From Chitinophaga pinensis (lineage in GTDB: Bacteria; Bacteroidota; Bacteroidia; Flavobacteriales_D; Crocinitomicaceae): a DNA stretch of 64,000 nt. Under the pieces are notes generated by a model. That model made no database searches. It was not told where the DNA came from and saw only the letters and a program-made list of their open reading frames with translations. Numbering within the stretch: position 1 is the stretch's first letter; the number at the start of each line of letters is the position of its first letter. This document shows, piece by piece, positions 50,834 to 60,500 of this stretch. The translations under genes were made by a program, and so were the position numbers. The stretch covers positions 5,481 to 69,480 of the forward strand of contig CAMDDR010000001.1 in assembly GCA_945892995.1 (NCBI GenBank), in the 5' to 3' direction.

Positions 50834-52062
50834 TCGTTGATAGTATAAATCGTCAAACCGCTTCTTAATTTCGGTTCAAGCCAAGTAGATTTTGGAGGCA
50901 TATTTAAACCTTCATCAGCAACTTTGTTGACTTGTTCAATTGTTAGAGGAAAGAGTAAAAATGCAAGAGCGCATTTTCCTGAAGCTAATTTTTCTTCAAT
51001 GTCTTTTAAAGAAATATTTCCAGGAATAAACTCAATGTTATCACTATTTTTTAAATCTTTAATTCCCAGAATTGGTGCTAATATAAAATCGCTCAAAATT
51101 GCAGAATCAATTGAACTCACACTATTTTTTTTATCAATCAAATGAGCGAATAATTCAAAAGAAAAATAGTCTCTTTCAAAGCAAACTGTAAATTGATGCT
51201 CTTTAATTGGCTTCCGAATTTCATTTAATGGTGTTATAGTTCCAATATTTTTTAAGGCAGATAAAAAAGTTTCTTTTGTATGTAATTTTAAATCTTTAAT
51301 CAATCGATTGTACTCTAGTACTTTTAAGCTTTTTTCGGCTACTAAAAAAGAAAGGAAATATGCGCATTTTGAAGTTTTGAGCCCCTTTTGTTTTCTTTCT
51401 TTATACAAGCGAGCTGATGATGCTGTTCTGTGATGACCATCTGCAATATAAGTAGCTTCAATTGCCAAAAATGCTTTTTGAATAGCTACTGTGTCTTCAA
51501 CTGAGAGAATCCATAATTCGTGCTTAATACGATCTGTGGTAGTAAACTCATATTCAGGTCGAACAAGGACAGCAGCACTTAATAATTCCGCTATTTCATC
51601 TGTTTCACTGTAAGAAAGTAATACTGGCTCAGCATTAAATCCTACTAAATCCAGATAATTTGTAAACATCGTTTCTCTTTCAGATAAGGTTTCTTCGTGT
51701 TTTTTTATTTTTCCAGTGTTATACTCTTCAATACTTGATCCTGCAATAACTCCAGTAAAAAATCGCTCTTCTGTTGTTTGCCGATAAATATAAATACGTG
51801 GACTTTCATCTTTTATTAAAATCCCATCATTTAAAAAGTCAGCATAGCCTTTTTTTACAAGCTCAAATCGTTCTTTAGAATTCGCCTTTGTTTGAATGGT
51901 TTTTCCAAATTCAGGATTTATAATATGTAAAAATGTAAACGGATTAGACTCTAATTTTGCTTCTAAAACATTCTTTTTATAGGAGTAATATGGACGAGTA
52001 GCAACTAGATGAACTTTATCACGAACGGGTCTTATCGCTGAAAAAGGTGAAATATCTGCCAT
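50830..52062 (-). CDS. DUF1015 domain-containing protein
   Basis: 410 aa; N-terminus MADISPFSAIRP... and IADGHHR motif typical of DUF1015; 4-nt overlap with yggS. Confidence 0.8.
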   Translation of the reverse strand: MADISPFSAIRPVRDKVHLVATRPYYSYKKNVLEAKLESNPFTFLHIINPEFGKTIQTKANSKERFELVKKGYADFLNDGILIKDESPRIYIYRQTTEERFFTGVIAGSSIEEYNTGKIKKHEETLSERETMFTNYLDLVGFNAEPVLLSYSETDEIAELLSAAVLVRPEYEFTTTDRIKHELWILSVEDTVAIQKAFLAIEATYIADGHHRTASSARLYKERKQKGLKTSKCAYFLSFLVAEKSLKVLEYNRLIKDLKLHTKETFLSALKNIGTITPLNEIRKPIKEHQFTVCFERDYFSFELFAHLIDKKNSVSSIDSAILSDFILAPILGIKDLKNSDNIEFIPGNISLKDIEEKLASGKCALAFLLFPLTIEQVNKVADEGLNMPPKSTWLEPKLRSGLTIYTINE

Positions 52063-52065
52063 AAA

Positions 52066-54405
52066 TTAAAACTTATAACTCAATCCAAAGCTAGGTAATA
52101 AAGGAAATTGATAAATTTCTTTTCCAGAAACACGATTAACGTAGAAGATATTATTTCGGTTATAAACATTTGTAACACTAGCGATGACCTCAACAACATT
52201 TTTATTTTTTAAATTAAATTGCTTTTTAAATGTGATATCCAAGCGATGATAATACGGCAATCTTTGACTATTAAAATCTCCTAAAATTGTCGAAACAGTC
52301 GATGGATTTGTCTGATTTGGATTTGTAGTAACTCCATTTCCGAAAGTCTCTTCTTGAAAAAATCCTGCGGTTGGCGTAAAGGGTAATCCTGATCCTAAAT
52401 TCCATCTTACATTTACCTCTGAGTCTTTTTTCTTGCCAAAAAGATATGATCCAACTAAATTCAAATTATGTCTTCTATCAAAAACAGGGAAATACGATTG
52501 AAATCCATCCCATCTTGTACTTTTACCCAAGGAATAAACACCCCAAATAAACAAGCGGTTTTTATTGTATTTTAATAAAAAATCAATTCCGTAAGACTCT
52601 CCTGACTCTAAAATAAAATCTTTCTTTAACACGTCTTCAATTTGCGAAAACTGAGCAACATCATCGTACAGTTTATTTGGATTGATATTACTTAACTGTG
52701 AGAAATATTTGTAATACCCTTCTACATTCAAATTAAAATATTTATTAAGATCGTATTCAAAACCGCCAATTGCATGCCAAGCATATTGAAGGCCATTTTT
52801 TGCATTGATCGTTTTTTGAAATTCATTAACAAAATTTTCCTGAATATTCGTGGGTGCAGAAAGCATTCCATTAAAAAGATTTACAACATCTTTATCAGAG
52901 GAAGCTGATGTAAAATTTTGAGAAAATCGACCTCCTGAGAATTTGAGTCGAAAATTTTCGTTTGCATTGTACTTTAATCCAAGTCGCGGTTCTGGCGAAA
53001 TAGTGCCAAGTGAAGTATAAGCTTGAATTCTCAGTCCAACTTGAATCACAAAGCGATCTACTATTTTTCGATAATTGAAATAACCCCCTATTTCAGTTGT
53101 AAAATTTTCAACTTGAATTTTTCGTTCTAACTCATTATAAGTAACAAAATTTGTATTAAAACCATTAAAATTAAATCCATAATTCATTTCCCCTTCGTTC
53201 TTTAAAAAATAGGAAAAATCAAAACCAAGGTCAAAACCACCAATACTAGAAAACCTTGGTTCTAAACTCGCCTCAGAAAAAGTTGTTTTAAAAGTGCTAC
53301 CATTTACATGTCCTCTGATAAAAACCGGAGATCCACTTGGAACCATCAAGAAATTGATTCCACCACCTGAAGCTTGCCAATTCAAATCTGCAATCTCATA
53401 ATTTACGCTATCTTGATTGTGAAATCCAAAGGCACTAAATTTTGAGCCACCATCTCCAGTAAAAGTTACTTTGCCATATAAATCTGTGAAATTAAAAGGC
53501 AATCCGTTTCCATCATTTACTCTAGGATACAGTGATTTGGATGTATAATCTAACAAACTATGCTTCGCGGAAAATAAATAAGATCCAGATCTCAATTCAT
53601 TTTTCTTTGCAGTTCCTATTGGACCTTCCAATACCATTTTTGCTAAGAACGGTGAGGCTGAAACTTTCCCTGAAAACTTTTGACGGTTTCCGTCTTTGTA
53701 GGTAATATCCATTACAGAAGAAATTCTTCCGCCATACTTGGACTCGAAACCACCTGTATAAATATCAACATTTTTAATAAGTTCTGTTTCAAAGATGGAA
53801 AAGAAGCCGATTGAGTGAAATGGATTATAAATTGTCATACCATCTAGAAGAATTTTGTTTTGAATTGGTGTTCCTCCACGAACGTATAGCTGTCCTCCTT
53901 GATCACCAGTTGTAACAACTCCTGGAGTTACACTAAAGGCACCAACAATGTCATTCTCAGCTCCATAACTTGGAATTCTTTCCAAGCTCTTTTGATCCAA
54001 TTTTAGTTCTGAAATTCCAACTTGAGTTCGCTTTGTTTTACTCTCAGCACTAACTTTTATTTCATCAAACTCTTTTATATTTTCTTTTTTAATGAGCTCA
54101 AATTTTACATCATAAATTTTAGTTTTAGAGGTCATTACAATATTTTTATATGCTCGTTCATACTTTTGATTCTCAATTTTCAGAATGTAGGTTCCAATAA
54201 TTAATTTAGGAATTGAGAAAAATCCATTAATATCAGAAACTGCTCCAGCTACAACACTACTGTCTGTATTTAAAAGTTTTACCTTTTCATAAGCCATCGC
54301 TTCTCCATTGGACTTATCGTAAATAAAACCTCTAACAGTAAAATCTTGTGAAAAAAGTGCTTGTGAAAAAAAAAGGAATAATAGACTGTAGAGAAGTTTC
54401 GACAT
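52066..54405 (-). CDS. TonB-dependent outer-membrane receptor with N-terminal carboxypeptidase-regulatory-like domain
   Basis: The ATG at 54405 gives signal peptide MSKLLYSLLFLFFSQALFSQ (the longest ORF would start at 54444); plug region, beta-barrel, C-terminal ...SFGLSYKF. Confidence 0.85.
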   Translation of the reverse strand: MSKLLYSLLFLFFSQALFSQDFTVRGFIYDKSNGEAMAYEKVKLLNTDSSVVAGAVSDINGFFSIPKLIIGTYILKIENQKYERAYKNIVMTSKTKIYDVKFELIKKENIKEFDEIKVSAESKTKRTQVGISELKLDQKSLERIPSYGAENDIVGAFSVTPGVVTTGDQGGQLYVRGGTPIQNKILLDGMTIYNPFHSIGFFSIFETELIKNVDIYTGGFESKYGGRISSVMDITYKDGNRQKFSGKVSASPFLAKMVLEGPIGTAKKNELRSGSYLFSAKHSLLDYTSKSLYPRVNDGNGLPFNFTDLYGKVTFTGDGGSKFSAFGFHNQDSVNYEIADLNWQASGGGINFLMVPSGSPVFIRGHVNGSTFKTTFSEASLEPRFSSIGGFDLGFDFSYFLKNEGEMNYGFNFNGFNTNFVTYNELERKIQVENFTTEIGGYFNYRKIVDRFVIQVGLRIQAYTSLGTISPEPRLGLKYNANENFRLKFSGGRFSQNFTSASSDKDVVNLFNGMLSAPTNIQENFVNEFQKTINAKNGLQYAWHAIGGFEYDLNKYFNLNVEGYYKYFSQLSNINPNKLYDDVAQFSQIEDVLKKDFILESGESYGIDFLLKYNKNRLFIWGVYSLGKSTRWDGFQSYFPVFDRRHNLNLVGSYLFGKKKDSEVNVRWNLGSGLPFTPTAGFFQEETFGNGVTTNPNQTNPSTVSTILGDFNSQRLPYYHRLDITFKKQFNLKNKNVVEVIASVTNVYNRNNIFYVNRVSGKEIYQFPLLPSFGLSYKF

Positions 54406-54524
54406 AGAATTTATTGAGCGCCAAAAATAATTAAATGAAAGCATAAAAACTATTTATTCAATTGAAAAATAGCAGAAAAATAAAGTGCTAGATTTAAAAA
54501 TCCGTAAATTTCAATCCTATTTCG

Positions 54525-54532
54525 TACTTTTG
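54525..54532 (+). promoter_or_regulatory. -7 promoter box (TACTTTTG)
   Basis: Matches TAnnTTTG; 7 nt upstream of the ATG at 54540. Confidence 0.4.
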
Positions 54533-54539
54533 GTTCAGC

Positions 54540-55256
54540 ATGAAAAAGATTTATCTTCTATTCTTACTTTTTTTTTCTTTGCAAGCAATGTGCCAAATTA
54601 TTGGAAACAAAGTCTCTAGTATTAAAAAACTAAAAAATGATACCAGTAGTTGCTTTTATTTCGAAACTATTCGCTTTAATTCAAGTAGAGATCTTGCTGT
54701 AAATTCTGATTTTTTAGCTAAGCCATTGGGAGAAAGAGCATTTGAAAGATCTTATGTTCGTTGGGGCTTTACATTAGGAATGACTCTTCCGATCTCAAAA
54801 GTCCTATTTTTTGAAGGTGCTATGTCTTATTTGCGAAATGGGGAGCAATATTATTGGAAATCTACTGAAAATGATAGTTCTTTTTCATATCAAACTAGCT
54901 ATTCCTATATTTCAATGCCTTTACAGTTAAAAATTCAAGGCGGACTTAAATTAAAATATTTTGTAGCAAGTGGATTACAGCCCCAGTTATTTCAATCCTT
55001 TCGTCAAAAGCAGCAATGGACAAATGATGTAAATACAAAATACTCAGCAACACTTAAAGACAATAGTGACCTTAATTCATTTGTAATTTCTTGGATTACA
55101 ACAGCAGGTCTTGCATTGGAATTAAGTAAACTATACGGTATTCGAATATCTGCGCAATACCGAAATCAATTAAATAGTTCCTATTTGAAAACAGGAGATT
55201 ATATTCATAAAGCAAATGGTCTTGGTTTTGCATTTGGATTAACAAGAAAATTATAA
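54540..55256 (+). CDS. outer-membrane beta-barrel protein (porin-family / PorT-like size class)
   Basis: 238 aa; signal peptide, alternating amphipathic beta-strand pattern, aromatic-rich C-terminal strands. Confidence 0.65.
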   Translation: MKKIYLLFLLFFSLQAMCQIIGNKVSSIKKLKNDTSSCFYFETIRFNSSRDLAVNSDFLAKPLGERAFERSYVRWGFTLGMTLPISKVLFFEGAMSYLRNGEQYYWKSTENDSSFSYQTSYSYISMPLQLKIQGGLKLKYFVASGLQPQLFQSFRQKQQWTNDVNTKYSATLKDNSDLNSFVISWITTAGLALELSKLYGIRISAQYRNQLNSSYLKTGDYIHKANGLGFAFGLTRKL

Positions 55257-55257
55257 A

Positions 55258-56352
55258 ATGAAACTGCAAGAAGTTACAGATTACCTCGAAGATTGTTTTC
55301 CTTTAAGTCTTCAAGAATCTTACGATAATTCTGGATTGCTTATTGGTGATAAAGCAATGGAACTTAAAAGCGTATTAATTTGCTTAGATAGTACTGAAGA
55401 TGTAGTGGAGGAGGCAATTCGAAAAGGAGCAAATTTAATTATTGCTCATCACCCAATTATTTTTAATGGAATAAAAAGTTTGACAGGTAAAACCTATATT
55501 GAACGAGTTGTAATTCGCTGCATTCAAAATAATATTGCCCTCTATGCAATTCATACGAATCTTGACAATCATAAACAAGGAGTTAATGCTGAAATCGCAA
55601 AAAGAATTGGTTTAAGTAAATGTAGAATTTTACAAGCAAAAAAAGGAGTGCTCTGTAAACTTGTTGTTTATCTTCCAAAAGATGCACTCGAGCTTATAGA
55701 TAAAGCACTATTTGAAAAAGGAGCTGGAAGAATTGGAAATTATTCAGAATGTCATTTTCGTACAGAAGGAATCGGAACATTTATGCCAAATGTAATGGCA
55801 AAGCCAGTAATTGGCGAAGCGGATATAAGAAGTAGTATTTCAGAATATAGAGTAGAATACCTCGTTTCTTATTCAAAATTACAGGCAGTATTAGCAGCAC
55901 TTCAAACTTCTCATCCATATGAAGAAATACCATATGAAATTCTTCCAATTGACAATAAAAATCAAGATGAAGGAGCCGGAATAATTGGAGAATTAGACGA
56001 AGCCCTGAGTGAAAAAGACTTTTTACAAGAGCTAAAAACTATTTTTAATTGTGGTACCATTCGGCATACACCATTTCTTAATAAACCAATTAAAAGAATT
56101 GCACTTTGCGGAGGTTCTGGAAGTTTCTTATTACAAGATGTATTGCGTTCAAAAGCTGATGTTTTTATTACAGCAGATTTCAAATACCACGACTTTTTTG
56201 ACGCTGAAAATAAAATTATTATTGCAGATATTGGTCACTTTGAAAGCGAACAATTCACAACAAATTTATTAGCTGAGAAACTTAAAGAAAAATTTACTAA
56301 CTTTGCAATCCATTTAACAGAAATAAATACAAATCCAATAAACTACTTTTAG
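55258..56352 (+). CDS. Nif3-like dinuclear metal centre protein (GTP cyclohydrolase 1 type 2 family)
   Basis: 364 aa; DNSGLLIGD, LIIAHHPIIF, TNLD and ITADFKYH motifs typical of NIF3/YbgI with an inserted domain. Confidence 0.9.
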   Translation: MKLQEVTDYLEDCFPLSLQESYDNSGLLIGDKAMELKSVLICLDSTEDVVEEAIRKGANLIIAHHPIIFNGIKSLTGKTYIERVVIRCIQNNIALYAIHTNLDNHKQGVNAEIAKRIGLSKCRILQAKKGVLCKLVVYLPKDALELIDKALFEKGAGRIGNYSECHFRTEGIGTFMPNVMAKPVIGEADIRSSISEYRVEYLVSYSKLQAVLAALQTSHPYEEIPYEILPIDNKNQDEGAGIIGELDEALSEKDFLQELKTIFNCGTIRHTPFLNKPIKRIALCGGSGSFLLQDVLRSKADVFITADFKYHDFFDAENKIIIADIGHFESEQFTTNLLAEKLKEKFTNFAIHLTEINTNPINYF

Positions 56353-56355
56353 AAC

Positions 56356-57111
56356 ATGGCAGCAACTGCAACTAAAAAGAAAGAAAAAGACGTTACTATT
56401 AGCGATAAACTTGAAATGCTATTAAAACTTCAACAAATTGATACAGAAATTGATCGTATTAGAACAATTCGTGGTGAACTTCCATTAGAAGTTCAAGATT
56501 TGGAAGATGAAGTTCTTGGTTTAACTACAAGAATCGCAAAAATCAATGATGAAATCAATGAAATTGAAACTGATATTTCTGATCGTAAACAAGGATCTAA
56601 AGATTCTGAAACAGCGATTACAAAATATAAGGAGCAGCAAAATAATGTTCGAAATAATCGTGAGTTTGAATCTTTAGCTAAAGAAGTTGAGTTTCAAGAA
56701 TTAGAAATTAAATTAAACGAAAAGAAAGCGAAAGAGTCGAAATTTAAAATTGAAGGGAAAAAAGAAATTTTAACAGAGGCAACTGATCGATTAACAATCA
56801 AGCAAGAAGATTTGGATACAAAGACTTCTGAACTAGACGCTATTATTAGTGAAACAAAAATTGACGAAGACCGCTTACTAAAAGCATCTTTAGATGCAAA
56901 AAAGAACATTGAAAGCCGATTGGTGACTGCCTATACGCGTCTTCGTGAAAATGCAAAAAATGGTCTTGCAGTAGTTCAAGTTGTTCGTGGATCTTGTGGA
57001 GGTTGTTTTAATAAAATTCCACCTCAAAGACAATTAGATATCGTAACAAAGAAAAAAATCATCGTTTGCGAATACTGCGGAAGAATTTTAGTACCTTTTG
57101 AGGAAGCTTAA
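56356..57111 (+). CDS. C4-type zinc-ribbon coiled-coil protein (DUF164-like)
   Basis: 251 aa; long coiled coil then CGGCFNKIP...CEYCGRIL; commonly paired with Nif3. Confidence 0.85.
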   Translation: MAATATKKKEKDVTISDKLEMLLKLQQIDTEIDRIRTIRGELPLEVQDLEDEVLGLTTRIAKINDEINEIETDISDRKQGSKDSETAITKYKEQQNNVRNNREFESLAKEVEFQELEIKLNEKKAKESKFKIEGKKEILTEATDRLTIKQEDLDTKTSELDAIISETKIDEDRLLKASLDAKKNIESRLVTAYTRLRENAKNGLAVVQVVRGSCGGCFNKIPPQRQLDIVTKKKIIVCEYCGRILVPFEEA

Positions 57112-57132
57112 TTTTTTTTTAATTAGTTAATT

Positions 57133-57160
57133 AAACCATTTTTAGAAATGGTTTTGTTTA
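57133..57160 (+). terminator. rho-independent terminator
   Basis: 9-bp stem aaaccattt / aaatggttt, loop ttag, followed by TGTTT. Confidence 0.6.
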
Positions 57161-57179
57161 GAAATAGATACCCTCTAAA

Positions 57180-57560
57180 ATGAGACAACTGTCAACTACT
57201 CAAAAACTAATTCTAATTTCATTTTTTTTCTTTATTTCCATCTTAGGGTTTATGTTAAAACTCCCAGCAGTTTTTCGTGGGATTGATCAAGAATTACATT
57301 TCTTATTTTACTTCATTTTAGCTTTCGTTATTAATTATTTATTTCAAATTAAAAGCATAGCAAAGCACTTGATAATAAATGTAGTTCTTTTCTTTTTCGG
57401 CGTTGGAATAGAAATAGCACAACACATTTCAAACTTTTTTTTTAAAGTTAGGATTCATGGAAACTTTGATCCTGCTGATGTTTATTCCAATTTTAAAGGC
57501 ATTTTTGTCTTTTCTGTGATTTGGTTTATTTATTTTTTTTCAACCAAAAAATCACGCTAA
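57180..57560 (+). CDS. VanZ-like family membrane protein (tentative)
   Basis: 126 aa, 4 TM; D-x3-H (IDQELH), E-x2-Q (IEIAQ) and R...D-x3-N-x2-G pattern resembling VanZ-like proteins. Confidence 0.55.
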   Translation: MRQLSTTQKLILISFFFFISILGFMLKLPAVFRGIDQELHFLFYFILAFVINYLFQIKSIAKHLIINVVLFFFGVGIEIAQHISNFFFKVRIHGNFDPADVYSNFKGIFVFSVIWFIYFFSTKKSR

Positions 57561-57587
57561 ATCAATTTTTTATAAATTATTTATTGT

Positions 57588-60500
57588 CTAATTTAATTTA
57601 TAAGCGATATCTAATTTCGCCAAATCCTTAAATAGTTCATTACTAGGTTTGACACGAACAGATCGAGATGGTAAATTTATTTCAAGACCTTCTATAGTAT
57701 CAAAAACAGTAAATTGAATAGGGCAAGATCCTTTATTATCTGCAAACAATTGATTTAATTTTTCAATTAATAATTCATCCATTGCGCGAGAAGAAATTTT
57801 TAATTGTAGTTGTTTCGTATTTTTTTCTCTTAGTTCTTGTAAAAGTTCAATACTAAACGGAGTAAATTCCAGTTGCGTTCTGTACCTTGGAACTTCCACT
57901 CTTCCTTTAATAAGGATAAACGTTCCGGCAACCATAAAATGCTTAAAACGCAAATAATTTTCTTTAAATAAATTCAAGCGAAAGGAATCTTGGTAGTCTT
58001 CAATTGTCAATACTCCAAATCCATCTCCATTTTTTGTGAAACGGTGTTCTGATAAAGTGACTATTGCAGGAAGCATTATATCCCGGCCTTTATATGATTG
58101 TAAATCACTAAGCATTGCTAAAGTTCCATTGCAAAATGCATCAATTTCTGGCTTAAAATCATCAAGTGGATGTCCTGAGATGAAAATCCCAATAACCTCT
58201 TTTTCCTTATTTAATTGAAAAATATTTGGCCATTCTTTACATTGAGGCACATTCGGCTCAGGCATAGACACTTCTGAACCAACTCCAAACAACGATTCTT
58301 GAGCTGATGATTGGTTTTCTTTAAAATTTATGCCGTATTTCATCGCATTATCTAGAAAACTTCTATTATTTCCATCGACAAAGAAATACTGAGCTCTGTG
58401 AACATTTTTAAATGAATCCAAAGCGCCGGCATAAGCCAAGCTTTCAAATGATTTTTTTGTGCAAACCCTCAAATTTATTCTTTTAGTCATATCAAAAATT
58501 GACTGAAATAATCCAGTTTCTCTTACTTCTATAATTGCTTCAATAGCTGAAGAACCAAGTCCTTTAATTGCCCCGAGTCCAAAACGGATAGCCCCTGTTT
58601 TATTTACAGAAAAGGTGAATGTACTTTCATTAATATCAGGACCTAAAACCTCTAAGCCCATTCTTCTACATTCCTCCATAAAAAAAGTAACTTGCTTTAT
58701 GTCACTCATATTATTGCTTAAAACCGAAGACATGTATTCTGCAGGATAATTTGCTTTTAAATAAGCAGTTTGGTAAGCAATCCAAGCATAGCAAGTTGAG
58801 TGAGATTTATTAAATGCATATGCAGCAAAGGCCTCCCAATCTTTCCAAATCTTTTCAAGAGCTTCAATTTTATGTCCTTTTGCACCAGCTCGCTCTATGA
58901 ATAGTGGTTTCATTTTATTTAAGACTTTTCTGTCTTTCTTTCCCATTGCTTTCCTCAAAGTATCCGCTTCGCCCTTTGAAAAATCTGCAATTTTTTGAGA
59001 TAAAAGCATCACTTGTTCTTGATAGACAGTAATTCCGTAAGTTTCTTTTAAATACTCCTCGCATTCTTCCAAATCATAACTAATTGTTTCCTCTCCATGT
59101 TTCCGTTTACAATAAGATGGGATGTACTCCATTGGACCAGGTCGATAAAGAGCATTCATTGCAATTAAATCAGCAAAAACAGTCGGTTTTAATTCTTTCA
59201 GATGTTTTTGCATACCCGTAGATTCGTACTGAAATATGCCAATAGTTTCTCCTTTTTGGAACAAAGAGTATGTTTTCTCATCTTCAATAGGAAATAAATC
59301 GGGGTCCAAATCAATGCCTTGATTAGCCTTGACCAATTTCACGGCATCTTTGATTAAAGTCAATGTTTTTAGTCCTAAAAAATCCATTTTTAATAGACCA
59401 GCATCTTCAGCAACTGAATTATCATATTGCGTACACACCATATCAGAATCCTTTGCTAAGGCAACAGGAACAAAATTTGTTAAATCATCTGGAGTAATAA
59501 TAATTCCACAGGCATGAATTCCAGTATTTCTTAGTGACCCCTCAATTTCCATTGCTTTTTGTAGCACTTGGGCTGCTAAATTAGAACCTTGCGCTACACG
59601 TCTTAATTCTTTTGCATTTAAAATTGCTTCTTGATTTTTTAAATGGTCTATTACAGCAACTTCATCCCAAGAAAGAATGTTTTTTAAGGAAAGGTCGGGC
59701 ACTAATTTTGACAAGCGATCAGCCTCAGGGAGCGGTAAATTCATAACTCGTGATGCATCGCGAATTGCAGATTTAGCGGCCATTGTACCAAAAGTTATGA
59801 TTTGTGCTACTTGATTTGCTCCGTATTTCTGAATTACGTAATCTATAACTCGACTGCGACCTTCATCATCAAAATCTATATCAATATCTGGCATAGAAAC
59901 ACGATCCGGATTCAAGAAACGCTCGAATAGTAAGTCGTACTTAATTGGGTCAATATTTGTGATTCCTGTACAATAAGCCACAACAGAACCAGCAGCAGAA
60001 CCTCTTCCAGGTCCGACAGAAACCCCCATTTCTCTAGCTGCCTGACAAAAATCTTGAACAATCAAAAAATAACCAGGATAATTGGTCTTTTCAATTGTAG
60101 CCAATTCAAAATCTATTCTTTCAAGTAGTTGATCTGAAATTTCACCGTATCTTTTTTCTGCACCTTTTAATGTTAAATGTTTTAAATAGTTGTTCTCACC
60201 TCGTTTTCCAGCATCATTAGCATCATCTTTTGAAACGAATTCCGCTGGAATATCAAAAGCAGGAAGCAGTACTTCTCTTGCCAGCGGATAATGCTCACAT
60301 TTTGATAGTATCTCTGAAATTGTAATAATTGCTTCTGGAAGATCGCTAAAAAGCGCCTTCATTTCATCACTTGATTTAAAATAATATTGGTCGTTCTCAA
60401 GTCCATATCGAAATCCACGACCACGCCCTTTTGGTGTTTCAACAAGTTCATTGTCCTTGACACATAATAAAACATCGTGCGCTTGCGCATCATGCTGACT